A stretch of DNA of 62,894 nt from a virus (lineage: Duplodnaviria; Caudoviricetes), in the IMG/VR virus record IMGVR_UViG_3300032295_002704, positions 1 to 62,894 of that record; one strand, 5' to 3'. The notes below the pieces were generated by a model that had not been told where the DNA came from, did not search any database, and saw only the letters and a list, made by a program, of their open reading frames with translations. Below, piece by piece: positions 9,830 to 18,386 of this stretch; position 1 is the first letter of the stretch; every line of letters starts with the position of its first letter. Both the position numbers and the translations under genes were made by a program.

Positions 9830-10553
9830 GAAACCAAAAGAACCGGCAGCACCAATCGAATTACCTCCGGCAAATGACATCAAAACTGCAATTCCGACAG
9901 AAGAGCAGATTATGGCTTTACTCGATCCTAAAAAGGAATTGCAGGAGGGAAGACCAACTGCCAACGGGCTTCGTCGTGTAATCAAGTATTACACTTCGTT
10001 TGATATCGTCGGTACAGAAGTTAACGTGGTGCAGTCACCCAATCCCGAAAATAGAAATAGAACCACTGTAACGTGCAAGATAAGTTACATTGACAGAAAT
10101 AACAATCCTGAATTTGTTAGAACATTGCAGGATGCTGCTGACTGTAACTATGAAAACACCAAGGCTCCTTTTAACAAATTCCCAACGGCTACCGCTTCTA
10201 CAATGGCAGAAGGTCGTTGCTACCGTAAGTTGCTGAATCTCAACACTATTACTGCCGAAGAAAGTATCGATCAAGATCCGCAAATTCTTAAGCAAATAGA
10301 AGATGAAGAAAACTCTGTAAAGTCAGCAAATGACAACCAGATAACCACTATTAAGAACATGTGTGCTAAGTTTAAGATCCATCCACACAAGATTCTGGAA
10401 GTCTTTGAAAAGACCGAAGTGCCAGAAGACCTCAAACAGTGGAACGCTAAATGGGCACATGACACAATCCAGTACCTTTGGAAATTCAACAGAAACACTA
10501 AGCCGGGCGATAAAGACTACTTGGCAATTCCAGACGAAATAAAAATCAAATGA
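9822..10553 (+). CDS. Rad52/Sak-like single-strand annealing protein
   Basis: GLRR...TVTCKISY...DAAD...ATASTMAEGRCYRKLLNL...AEE core plus helical C-terminal domain. Confidence 0.6.
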   Translation: MAKKPKEPAAPIELPPANDIKTAIPTEEQIMALLDPKKELQEGRPTANGLRRVIKYYTSFDIVGTEVNVVQSPNPENRNRTTVTCKISYIDRNNNPEFVRTLQDAADCNYENTKAPFNKFPTATASTMAEGRCYRKLLNLNTITAEESIDQDPQILKQIEDEENSVKSANDNQITTIKNMCAKFKIHPHKILEVFEKTEVPEDLKQWNAKWAHDTIQYLWKFNRNTKPGDKDYLAIPDEIKIK

Positions 10554-11299
10554 GCCGTAAAGTAATACAATGCACTACACTTGGTAATAATGGCAGGTTC
10601 GGAAACCAGCTTTGGCAATATTGTTTTGCTAAAGCACTTGCTACAAGAAATGGAGCAGAGCTACAAATCCCAGAAGACTGGGTTGGTCGCAAAATCTTCA
10701 ACATAGTAGATGAACCCATCAAGCAATGGTTGCCTCAAACCTCTCTTGACCAAGTATCTATTAATGACGTAAACGTGGATCTTTTTGGCTATTTCCAAGA
10801 TCCGGCGTTTCACACTATTCTAAATGATAAAGATATCCGTTCGTGGCTGACATTTCAGCCTAAATGGTTATCGCTATATGACCACTTTAAACAGGCACCT
10901 TACACGGCACTGCACATGCGAAAGGGTGACTACAAGAACCTACAACACGTTTTCTGCTTGGTCAGTGACGAATCCTACTACAAGGCAGCCGAAGATAACG
11001 GGCACTTTGATCTTAATTTACAAATAATGACGGAAGAAAATCCAACTCCGTGCCAGCATGCAGAAGAAATTGGTGCCGGATTCCTGCCGGATTTCTTCAA
11101 ACTCATGTACGCCACCCATTTATATCGTTCTAATTCCACATTCAGTTGGTGGGCTGGTTACTTGGGTAATAACGATGTATATAGCCCCGTTGTCGATAAC
11201 CTCGTAGGATTACAAACCGTACCCTTCGTGAAGGGTAATCACCCAAAGATATTTGCTGGTCACTCTGGCGATATTTACATTAAAGGATACAATTCTTGA
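10550..11299 (+). CDS. GT11 alpha-1,2-fucosyltransferase-like protein
   Basis: GRFGNQLWQY, GYFQ, LHMRKGDY, SNSTFSWWAGYL hallmark motifs. Confidence 0.9.
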   Translation: MSRKVIQCTTLGNNGRFGNQLWQYCFAKALATRNGAELQIPEDWVGRKIFNIVDEPIKQWLPQTSLDQVSINDVNVDLFGYFQDPAFHTILNDKDIRSWLTFQPKWLSLYDHFKQAPYTALHMRKGDYKNLQHVFCLVSDESYYKAAEDNGHFDLNLQIMTEENPTPCQHAEEIGAGFLPDFFKLMYATHLYRSNSTFSWWAGYLGNNDVYSPVVDNLVGLQTVPFVKGNHPKIFAGHSGDIYIKGYNS

Positions 11300-12087
11300 A
11301 AACTTCTATTGCTGATAAAACTCCGTATGCTTATGCTGCTTTTGAAGCAGCCCTTTCTGATGAGGCATTTGCCAATTTTAAACAAAACCCTCATTACCAA
11401 CAAGTGTTGGAACACATGTCCAAAGAGGATGGACAGAAAATCCTTGATTACATTGCGGGATTAGGAAATCCCATAGTAAATTCATGGATTAATAAATTAT
11501 CGCAAAATCTGCATATTAATGACCAGTTTGGATCACCTACTTTAGTTTCGTATGACAAGGGTTACCATTTTAAGAGGGTTTCTCCCTCAACCCTGCGATA
11601 TCTCAAGGTCATGATTGATTTGGAAACAATGGGTCTACTGCACAGTGGCTATAAAATCGTCGAAATCGGTGGTGGCTACGGTGGACAGGCCACTGTGCTT
11701 TGGGATTGGAATAACTCTTTAGAATTCACGATGATTGATCTTAAAGAAGCGGTTGCTTTGCAACGCAAATACTTACGTAACACGATTCCCAACGCCAAAG
11801 TAGATTATATCAGTCCGAAAGAAACAGAGTTTCTGCGGGAATCAAAGTTTGATCTAGTCATTAGCAACTACGCTTTCAGCGAATGTACCCGTGAAATTCA
11901 AATTCAATACATCCAAGATGTAATTAAGAACTGCAAGCACGGCTATATTACTTGGAATTTCATCAGCGAACAGCATGGTGTAAATAGCATTTCCATAGAT
12001 GAATTTAAGTCTCTGGTACCGTTTAACGTTCAAATTATGGAAGAAAAACCCACAACAAACTTCAATAACAAGATTGTGTGGTGGTGA
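11296..12087 (+). CDS. Putative sugar O-methyltransferase
   Basis: TLRY, IVEIGGGYGG, IDL, DLVISNYAFSEC. Confidence 0.8.
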   Translation: MKTSIADKTPYAYAAFEAALSDEAFANFKQNPHYQQVLEHMSKEDGQKILDYIAGLGNPIVNSWINKLSQNLHINDQFGSPTLVSYDKGYHFKRVSPSTLRYLKVMIDLETMGLLHSGYKIVEIGGGYGGQATVLWDWNNSLEFTMIDLKEAVALQRKYLRNTIPNAKVDYISPKETEFLRESKFDLVISNYAFSECTREIQIQYIQDVIKNCKHGYITWNFISEQHGVNSISIDEFKSLVPFNVQIMEEKPTTNFNNKIVWW

Positions 12088-12089
12088 TT

Positions 12090-12722
12090 ATGAAATTTAC
12101 ATTCGGAATTGTAACAGCAGGTGGTGAAGACCACCGAATCAACCAAATCATTGACTCTATCGAGTCAAATCGAATTCCGGAAGATTCATACGAAATCATC
12201 GTTGTAGGCCCATCAGACGTAAATAGAAGTAACACCAAGGTTTGGAATTTACAATTTGAGCGGTGGGGCTGGATCACCAGAAAAAAGAACATCATTGCTG
12301 AACAAGCTCAATTTGAGAATTTGGTGCTTTTGCACGACTATGTTGCCTTTAAGCACAATTGGTATGATACCATGTGCGAGTTTGGCAACGACTGGGATGT
12401 CTGCATGAACCGTATATTGAATACGGATGGCAAGCGTTTTAGAGATTGGATTAAAGTCAACTCTTTTGAGCCATTTTCCATTGAATTTGCGGACTATAAG
12501 AGTACAGAACACATTCGGGGCACATACGTCAGTGGTACCTACTTTCTCGTAAAGAAACAGTATTTACTTGATAATCCTCTCAACGAGAATCTTTGTTGGG
12601 GTCAGGGCGAAGACGTTGAGTGGTCCAAAAAACTTAACTCCACGTGGAATTATCGCGTAAACCCTAAAAGCGTGGTATACTTTCTTAAAGCTAAGCATCA
12701 CTTTCCAGCGAGTCCAGAATGA
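12090..12722 (+). CDS. GT-A glycosyltransferase (GT2-like)
   Basis: FTFGIVT, EIIVVG, WITRKKN, LLHDY, GEDVEWS. Confidence 0.75.
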   Translation: MKFTFGIVTAGGEDHRINQIIDSIESNRIPEDSYEIIVVGPSDVNRSNTKVWNLQFERWGWITRKKNIIAEQAQFENLVLLHDYVAFKHNWYDTMCEFGNDWDVCMNRILNTDGKRFRDWIKVNSFEPFSIEFADYKSTEHIRGTYVSGTYFLVKKQYLLDNPLNENLCWGQGEDVEWSKKLNSTWNYRVNPKSVVYFLKAKHHFPASPE

Positions 12723-13228
12723 TTTACATTGCACACCGTGGTTTAGTTTCTGGGCCAGACCCAGACATAGAAAACTCTCCGGAGTTGATCGAAAACACCG
12801 TTACCTCTCACGAGGGAGTGTTTATCGAATGCGATATGTGGGTCAAAAACGATAAGTGGTGGCTAGGTCACGACGCACCACAATACCAAGTTAGTGACAA
12901 GTGGTTTGATACTTATCATCCTTGGTTATTTATTCACGCCAAAAACCAGTATTGTGTTCAAAAGTTAACGCTACAGAAAAGCAGCATTTGTTGGTTTTTT
13001 CACGACAAAGAGGCTTTTACTTGGACAAGTAAGGGGCACTTGTGGCAATTCCCACACAATCCTGCCTCACAGGTGATTATTAATCAACCCGAATTGGCTA
13101 TCAAGTTACAAACTAAAACTGAGGAACAAATTAAATACGACATTAGCATGTTAAATAACAAACTTCCGTTTAGGGGTGTATGTTCAAAATACATCAATAT
13201 ATTGCAGAATGTGTATGGTGATGAATGA
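12719..13228 (+). CDS. GDPD-like phosphodiesterase (PLC-like TIM barrel)
   Basis: IAHRG...EN...IECD...LGHD...HAKN. Confidence 0.75.
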   Translation: MIYIAHRGLVSGPDPDIENSPELIENTVTSHEGVFIECDMWVKNDKWWLGHDAPQYQVSDKWFDTYHPWLFIHAKNQYCVQKLTLQKSSICWFFHDKEAFTWTSKGHLWQFPHNPASQVIINQPELAIKLQTKTEEQIKYDISMLNNKLPFRGVCSKYINILQNVYGDE

Positions 13229-13830
13229 TTGACTGCGTTTTATTCGACATGGATGGGGTTTTGGTAGATGCTTGCGAGTGGCACCGCAAAGCCCTCAATA
13301 AAGCTCTTGTGCAACATGGCTATCCAGAGATAAGTCTTTCAGATCATTATCACAAGTACAATGGTCTACCCACTAGAGTTAAATTAAAACTCATGGGGAT
13401 AGATGACTCAGTTGCTACAGAAATCGAAACAGATAAACAGCTTTGCACCCTACTGCTGATAGCAGAAGAATGTCGTCCGCAACAAAATGTCACTGATACG
13501 TTAAAGTATCTCAAAAGTTTAAACATTAAAACTGGTTGTGTGACGAATTCGGTCCCAAAAACAGCTCACCCAATTTTAGGAAGGTCTGGTTTACTTCCAT
13601 ATTTAGATGTCGTTATTACGAATACAGACGTTAAGTATAATAAACCAAGTCCAGATTGTTATTTACTAGCGTGTCAAAAACTAAAAGTTAATCCCAGCAA
13701 CACTCTTGTAGTGGAAGACTCACCCAAAGGAATACAAGCCGGAATAGACTCTGGTTGTAAAGTAAGAGTGCTGTTCAGTATAGAAGATTTAACACCTGAA
13801 TTTATTCAGCAAGAATTGGAGAAATATTGA
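13225..13830 (+). CDS. HAD-superfamily phosphatase
   Basis: FDMDGVL, VTNS, KPSPD, VEDSPKG. Confidence 0.92.
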   Translation: MIDCVLFDMDGVLVDACEWHRKALNKALVQHGYPEISLSDHYHKYNGLPTRVKLKLMGIDDSVATEIETDKQLCTLLLIAEECRPQQNVTDTLKYLKSLNIKTGCVTNSVPKTAHPILGRSGLLPYLDVVITNTDVKYNKPSPDCYLLACQKLKVNPSNTLVVEDSPKGIQAGIDSGCKVRVLFSIEDLTPEFIQQELEKY

Positions 13831-14489
13831 TTACTTTTGAACAAATTGAAAAAGCAGTAGCAGAGGCAAACCTAGGATTTCACCTAGTACGCGATTACCA
13901 CGGTAATTTTGGGATGAGTAACCATATGCATCCTTTGTCAATTTTACCTGCCGAAGCAAAGGTCATCCACGAGGAAATCATTCGTGTTAACGCAAAGCGA
14001 GGCTATGAAATCGCAACCGCCTTCGGTGTGTCAACCGCCGTGATTGGTCATGCTTTGAAACAAAATGGCGGGAAACTAGTTAGTATGGATGCCTACATTG
14101 AAGAACACGTAAACAACTGTTCTAACTACGATGTGAACACTCGCCAAAGTTTTGAAAACGCCGATGGTTATCGCTGTGCCCGTGCTTTACTGCAAAACTT
14201 TGGTCTAGATAACGTCACGTTGGAGGTAGGATGGTCACCTACAGATGTACCTCGGGCACTAGACGGTCAACGATTAGACTTGGTTTTTATTGACGGTGGT
14301 CACACCCAAGAACAAATTACTCTAGATACACAAAGCGTAATACCATATCTAAATCCCGAAAAACACATTATCTTTTACCATGATAGTCACTGTAATGGGC
14401 CAGATATTCACGAGTTTTGGTCAAGCAAAGGTTACAAACATAACGTTTACGGAACAGTTTACAATCTAATTAGCTATGAAAAAATATGA
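13827..14489 (+). CDS. Class I SAM methyltransferase (Methyltransf_24-like)
   Basis: EIATAFGVST, DLVFIDGGH, HD motifs. Confidence 0.8.
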   Translation: MITFEQIEKAVAEANLGFHLVRDYHGNFGMSNHMHPLSILPAEAKVIHEEIIRVNAKRGYEIATAFGVSTAVIGHALKQNGGKLVSMDAYIEEHVNNCSNYDVNTRQSFENADGYRCARALLQNFGLDNVTLEVGWSPTDVPRALDGQRLDLVFIDGGHTQEQITLDTQSVIPYLNPEKHIIFYHDSHCNGPDIHEFWSSKGYKHNVYGTVYNLISYEKI

Positions 14490-15177
14490 ACTTATAATTC
14501 CAATGGCAGGTAAAGGACAGCGTTTTATTGATGCTGGCTACACTACGCCAAAGCCGTTTTTACCCATTCGAACTGGCACAAATATAATTGACCGAATTAT
14601 GTTTGAATTCAGAGTCGTCAATAAAGTACACCTAATTACTAGAGAACCATGCACAACGACCATTTGGTCAGAACAAAACAATATTGTCATTAAAGACAAG
14701 CCTCAATACGGTCAGTTACACACCGTTATGGAGGCCATTCCATTTCTACAGAATGACACGGGCGTGATTATCGCTAATTCTGACAATATCGTCGAAGAGG
14801 CAGAATGGGTTGAAAGATGGCTACAGAAGATTGAAAAAGAAAAACCCGATGGTTCTATTTGCTTAATGTGGGGAGAACACCCAAAATGGTCTTATGCTGA
14901 AATCAAAAACAATACCATTGTTAGAACGGCAGAAAAAGACCCCATCAGCGAGCATGCCACCTGTGGATACTATTATTTCAAAAATAAAGAAATATTGACT
15001 AGGGCAGCCGAGACTGCCGTAAAAGACGAAAATAACAAAATAAACGGAGAGTGGTATGTTTGCCCAATTTACAATTCCATTATCAAGCAGGGCGGGGTCG
15101 TGATGCCTTACTGGTTAAACAACTTCGTAGGATTAGGCACGCCAGAAGATTACGAAAGGTACTTGAATGAAGTTTAA
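14476..15177 (+). CDS. Sugar-phosphate nucleotidyltransferase
   Basis: IPMAGKGQRF...PKP, ANSD, EKDPIS, NGEWYV.P.YN, LGTPED. Confidence 0.88.
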   Translation: MKKYELIIPMAGKGQRFIDAGYTTPKPFLPIRTGTNIIDRIMFEFRVVNKVHLITREPCTTTIWSEQNNIVIKDKPQYGQLHTVMEAIPFLQNDTGVIIANSDNIVEEAEWVERWLQKIEKEKPDGSICLMWGEHPKWSYAEIKNNTIVRTAEKDPISEHATCGYYYFKNKEILTRAAETAVKDENNKINGEWYVCPIYNSIIKQGGVVMPYWLNNFVGLGTPEDYERYLNEV

Positions 15178-15577
15178 TGACCTTCAAACTGTTACGGATA
15201 AAAACAAGGGCTATATAACTGGTCAGTTTGAAGGGGTTTTTCACAAAGCCCCTTTTGAAGTAGCCGTTAAAAAGTACAAAAAGGGAGAATACAACTCCTG
15301 TCACTGCCACTCATATACAAATGAAATTAATGTAATTCTACAAGGTAAGGCGATGATGCGGTGCGACAATGACAAGTCATCGGTGATTCTGTTCTCCGGA
15401 GATATCCTAAAAGTCGAAAAGAATGAGTGGTTTGACTTTATGGCTTTAGAAGATACAACGGTGTTGGTAATTAAAGATACCGCCATTGGTGAGAAATACA
15501 CGAAAGACTCCAAATATTCCGAAGAAACTGTGAAATATTTGAAGCACTTGGGCATAGATGTTGATAAGATAGTGTAA
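15167..15577 (+). CDS. Cupin-fold protein
   Basis: HCH...EINVILQG...GDIL cupin motifs. Confidence 0.78.
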   Translation: MKFNDLQTVTDKNKGYITGQFEGVFHKAPFEVAVKKYKKGEYNSCHCHSYTNEINVILQGKAMMRCDNDKSSVILFSGDILKVEKNEWFDFMALEDTTVLVIKDTAIGEKYTKDSKYSEETVKYLKHLGIDVDKIV

Positions 15578-15604
15578 TAGTGGCACAGCCACAGGAGATT
15601 TGAA

Positions 15605-16276
15605 ATGGGTCAAAAGATTAGTTTTTGGAAGCAGACAGCGGATAACAAGGGTGCGGCAGCACTGTTCAATACTACCCCAGAGGGTTATACCTTCGTGAGA
15701 ATGATGCCTCAGACGGGTGAAAAGTCATTTGACTTTAACTCAAGCGTCAATGTCTCGCTTGGTGAATTTGATATGGGTAGTATGCTTGCTGTACTTAAGC
15801 AGAAGGTTCGTGGTCTTGGTAAGTACAACGAGGACAAGAAGCAGTTCGGTGGTCTTGTTCACAATCCAAATGATGGCGTTTATAGTTTCATCAATATGAG
15901 TTGGATTGATGATACCCGTCTTGTTTTTGGCTTGTCATTCTCTGATAAGGGTCAGGGGATTAATCGTCAGTACCGAATTGGCCTAACTGACGGTGAACAG
16001 GAAGCTCTGATCGTTTTCCTTGAAGAAGCGGTCAAGATGCGTTTTGTTGCCAATCTGAACGCGGAAAACGAGCGGAGAAACAATAATGCCAACGGCGGTG
16101 GCAATGACGGTGGTGGACAGGCTGCCCCGAAACGAGCAGCCCCAGCAGCCACGCCAGCCCCGGCTGCAAACACGGTGCCTAAGCGTCCTACAGTAGGTGC
16201 TAATGCTGCTAAGACAGTCAGCAAGCCACGAGTTGAAACTGTCCAACAGGAAGATGACGAAAACGTCCCGATCTAA
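15605..16276 (+). CDS. Whirly-like ssDNA-binding protein with acidic SSB-type tail
   Basis: KGAAAL (cf. Whirly KGKAAL), FDF...VSLGEFDMGSML, VHNP, IGLTDGEQEAL; Gly/Pro/Ala linker; EDDENVPI C-terminus; AGGAG SD. Confidence 0.6.
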   Translation: MGQKISFWKQTADNKGAAALFNTTPEGYTFVRMMPQTGEKSFDFNSSVNVSLGEFDMGSMLAVLKQKVRGLGKYNEDKKQFGGLVHNPNDGVYSFINMSWIDDTRLVFGLSFSDKGQGINRQYRIGLTDGEQEALIVFLEEAVKMRFVANLNAENERRNNNANGGGNDGGGQAAPKRAAPAATPAPAANTVPKRPTVGANAAKTVSKPRVETVQQEDDENVPI

Positions 16277-16283
16277 CGAATTG

Positions 16284-16312
16284 AAAACCGGGGAAACCCG
16301 GTTTTTTATTTT
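16284..16312 (+). terminator. Rho-independent terminator after the SSB gene
   Basis: AAAACCGGG-GAAA-CCCGGTTTT followed by TTATTTT. Confidence 0.85.
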
Positions 16313-16609
16313 ATGGTTAAAGTGGTCAATATAAACGCGGGGTCATACTACACGGTTTATTGTGGTAGACCCGGTAAGGGGATAACAAACGCCCCATTTG
16401 GTAATCCTTTTACAGTCAATGAATACGGCAGAGGCAATGCCCTCGTTAAATTTAACAGGTGGTTCTGTTCTCCAGAATCAGAAGAATACAGAAATAAAAT
16501 CAAAGAAATTATAAAACCAAACAGTATTCTTGGTTGTTTTTGTAAACCCAACCCGTGTCATTGTGACACTATCGCGTGGTACGTTAATAGAGGTTACACA
16601 TATGAATGA
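16313..16609 (+). CDS. DUF4326-like protein
   Basis: YCGRP...FGNPF...LGCFCKPNPCHCD. Confidence 0.8.
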   Translation: MVKVVNINAGSYYTVYCGRPGKGITNAPFGNPFTVNEYGRGNALVKFNRWFCSPESEEYRNKIKEIIKPNSILGCFCKPNPCHCDTIAWYVNRGYTYE

Positions 16610-17477
16610 ATGGCAAGAAGCACCAATGTTGGCTCATAATTTTGATGCAAGCAGGATTAAAGACTGGTCAATGATTTACAGGCAGCCTAAACTAGACGGC
16701 ATACGTGCCGTCTGGGATGGAAAACGCCTTTGGACAAGAGAACGAAATGAAATCGTCTCCGTACCGCATATTGTGCATGATCTTAAATCATACTGGAATG
16801 ATTTTCCATTAGACGGCGAAATTATAGCCGAAGGCGATTTTGATGAAACTTCGTCACGGGTTCGTAGAACCAAAAACATTATATTGGATAAAAGAACCAA
16901 ATACTTCATATTTGACTCGCCTAGAGTCGGCACTTTTAAGGAAAGATGGGAAACTCTAGCGAGGTTATACAGACCAAGTGACTACGTCAAATTGGTTTCT
17001 ACAGAGTTAATTGATGCCTCTGTCGAGAATTTGGACCGATACTCTCACGAGGGCTACGAAGGAACTATGATTAGGAACGGGAACGGGACTTATGCCTTTG
17101 GAGAACGTTCCTATGATCTTTTGAAGATCAAACAGTTTAAAGACGGGGAATTTACATGTATCGGTTTAGAACCGTTACAAACCTTTGAAAAAATTATCTT
17201 ACCACACAGGGAAAAGGGAGCAAAACAATATGCTGACGGAACATGGTACAAGAATGGGCGATCTACTGAATTGCCTACTTTGGGTAAAATGGTTCTCACT
17301 ACGAGTGACGGTCAAATATTTAGGGTGGGTAGTGGATTTTCTGAGGAAGAAAGAAAGAAAATCTGGAACTCTAAAGATGAGGTCATCGGTCAATTGATTA
17401 CGGTAAAATATCAAGAATTGACGCGAAATGGTATACCAAGGTTCCCAACATTTGTGCGGATTCGGGACTTGTCTTAA
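16602..17477 (+). CDS. ATP-dependent DNA ligase
   Basis: PMLA, QPKLDGIR (adenylated Lys), LDGE, EGYEGTMIR, LLKIK, VGSGF, RFPTF; probable start MNEW at 16602. Confidence 0.93.
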   Translation: MNEWQEAPMLAHNFDASRIKDWSMIYRQPKLDGIRAVWDGKRLWTRERNEIVSVPHIVHDLKSYWNDFPLDGEIIAEGDFDETSSRVRRTKNIILDKRTKYFIFDSPRVGTFKERWETLARLYRPSDYVKLVSTELIDASVENLDRYSHEGYEGTMIRNGNGTYAFGERSYDLLKIKQFKDGEFTCIGLEPLQTFEKIILPHREKGAKQYADGTWYKNGRSTELPTLGKMVLTTSDGQIFRVGSGFSEEERKKIWNSKDEVIGQLITVKYQELTRNGIPRFPTFVRIRDLS

Positions 17478-17859
17478 ATAACCAATCAATTACCTTCGCT
17501 GCTACAGCAACCGTTAAAAAGATAGCAGCAGCCCACAAAATACCAACCTGCATTTTCAATGACTTAACATCAGCAATAAGTTGATTGGTGTCCATTTCTT
17601 TTACTTCGTCTTGGACATTCTGTACTTGGCCAACCAAGCCCTGATCTCTATTGGCAGAACCGTAAAGACGTTCTTCTAATTGCAAAACACGCTCTTCTGC
17701 ACGCTGCTGTCTTTCTGCAATTTCTTCCAATCTGTCAAGAATTTGTTTATCAATATGAGTACGCTCTTGCTCAGATTTGGCAAGAGTTGAACATAATTCT
17801 GCAAGTTTTAAATTCTGATCTAAAAACTTGACCAGTAACTCATTGTTGTCAATACTCAT
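17398..17859 (-). CDS. Coiled-coil membrane protein (holin-like candidate)
   Basis: N-terminal coiled coil, hydrophobic VGILWAAAIFLTVAVAA segment; last gene of the late arm with its own promoter motif. Confidence 0.45.
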   Translation of the reverse strand: MSIDNNELLVKFLDQNLKLAELCSTLAKSEQERTHIDKQILDRLEEIAERQQRAEERVLQLEERLYGSANRDQGLVGQVQNVQDEVKEMDTNQLIADVKSLKMQVGILWAAAIFLTVAVAAKVIDWLFKTSPESAQMLGTLVYHFASILDILP

Positions 17860-17868
17860 ATAGATATT

Positions 17869-17878
17869 TAATACACTT
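17869..17878 (-). promoter_or_regulatory. Late promoter motif copy (AAGTGTATTA)
   Basis: Repeated motif 9 nt upstream of ATG 17859. Confidence 0.7.
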
Positions 17879-17896
17879 CTACAAAATATATAAATA

Positions 17897-18385
17897 TCAA
17901 GTTTGATTAATTGTCAGGCTCGTCCAGCGGTCTAAAGGGCACTTGCCAACCTGTGTTTTACAAAGCACAAAACAGCCACACGGCTGATTATTTTTAGCTG
18001 GATCAGGGGCCATACACTGCGAAAACGTGGTAATTTTGCCGTCTTTTTTTGTTGAGTGCGGGCAATCCTTACATGCTTGTCTGTTTGCCTCTATCTGTTC
18101 CTTAGAATAATCTACGTCGTTGGTGACGCATTTCTTAAGTCCGGTAATACCATCTAAAAACCAAGACACTTTATTTTCTTGAGAAATGGCAGCCTTCGCC
18201 ATATTTACAATTGGCTTTGCCGGAATTGGTCTGTCTGTTACCTGAATTACCTTATCATTAGTTTCTGTAGGATTAGTTTGTAAAACGGGGCTGATGCCCC
18301 CGACAACCGGAGTTTGAAATTGTTTTACTTGAGCCGGATGGAAAGATGGCTTTTCTTTATGAAGTGGATTATTGCAGCAACTCAT
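17897..18385 (-). CDS. Small Cys-rich protein (DUF6171-like C-terminus)
   Basis: Probable start MSCCNN at 18385; R..CKDCP...C...CGC...K....CPLDRW. Confidence 0.6.
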   Translation of the reverse strand: MSCCNNPLHKEKPSFHPAQVKQFQTPVVGGISPVLQTNPTETNDKVIQVTDRPIPAKPIVNMAKAAISQENKVSWFLDGITGLKKCVTNDVDYSKEQIEANRQACKDCPHSTKKDGKITTFSQCMAPDPAKNNQPCGCFVLCKTQVGKCPLDRWTSLTINQT

Positions 18386-18386
18386 T

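Noticed and set aside
15571-15580. AGTGTAATAG upstream of the SSB gene as a late-motif copy
   Set aside because: Mismatch in the core and located on the early arm; plausible but unsupported
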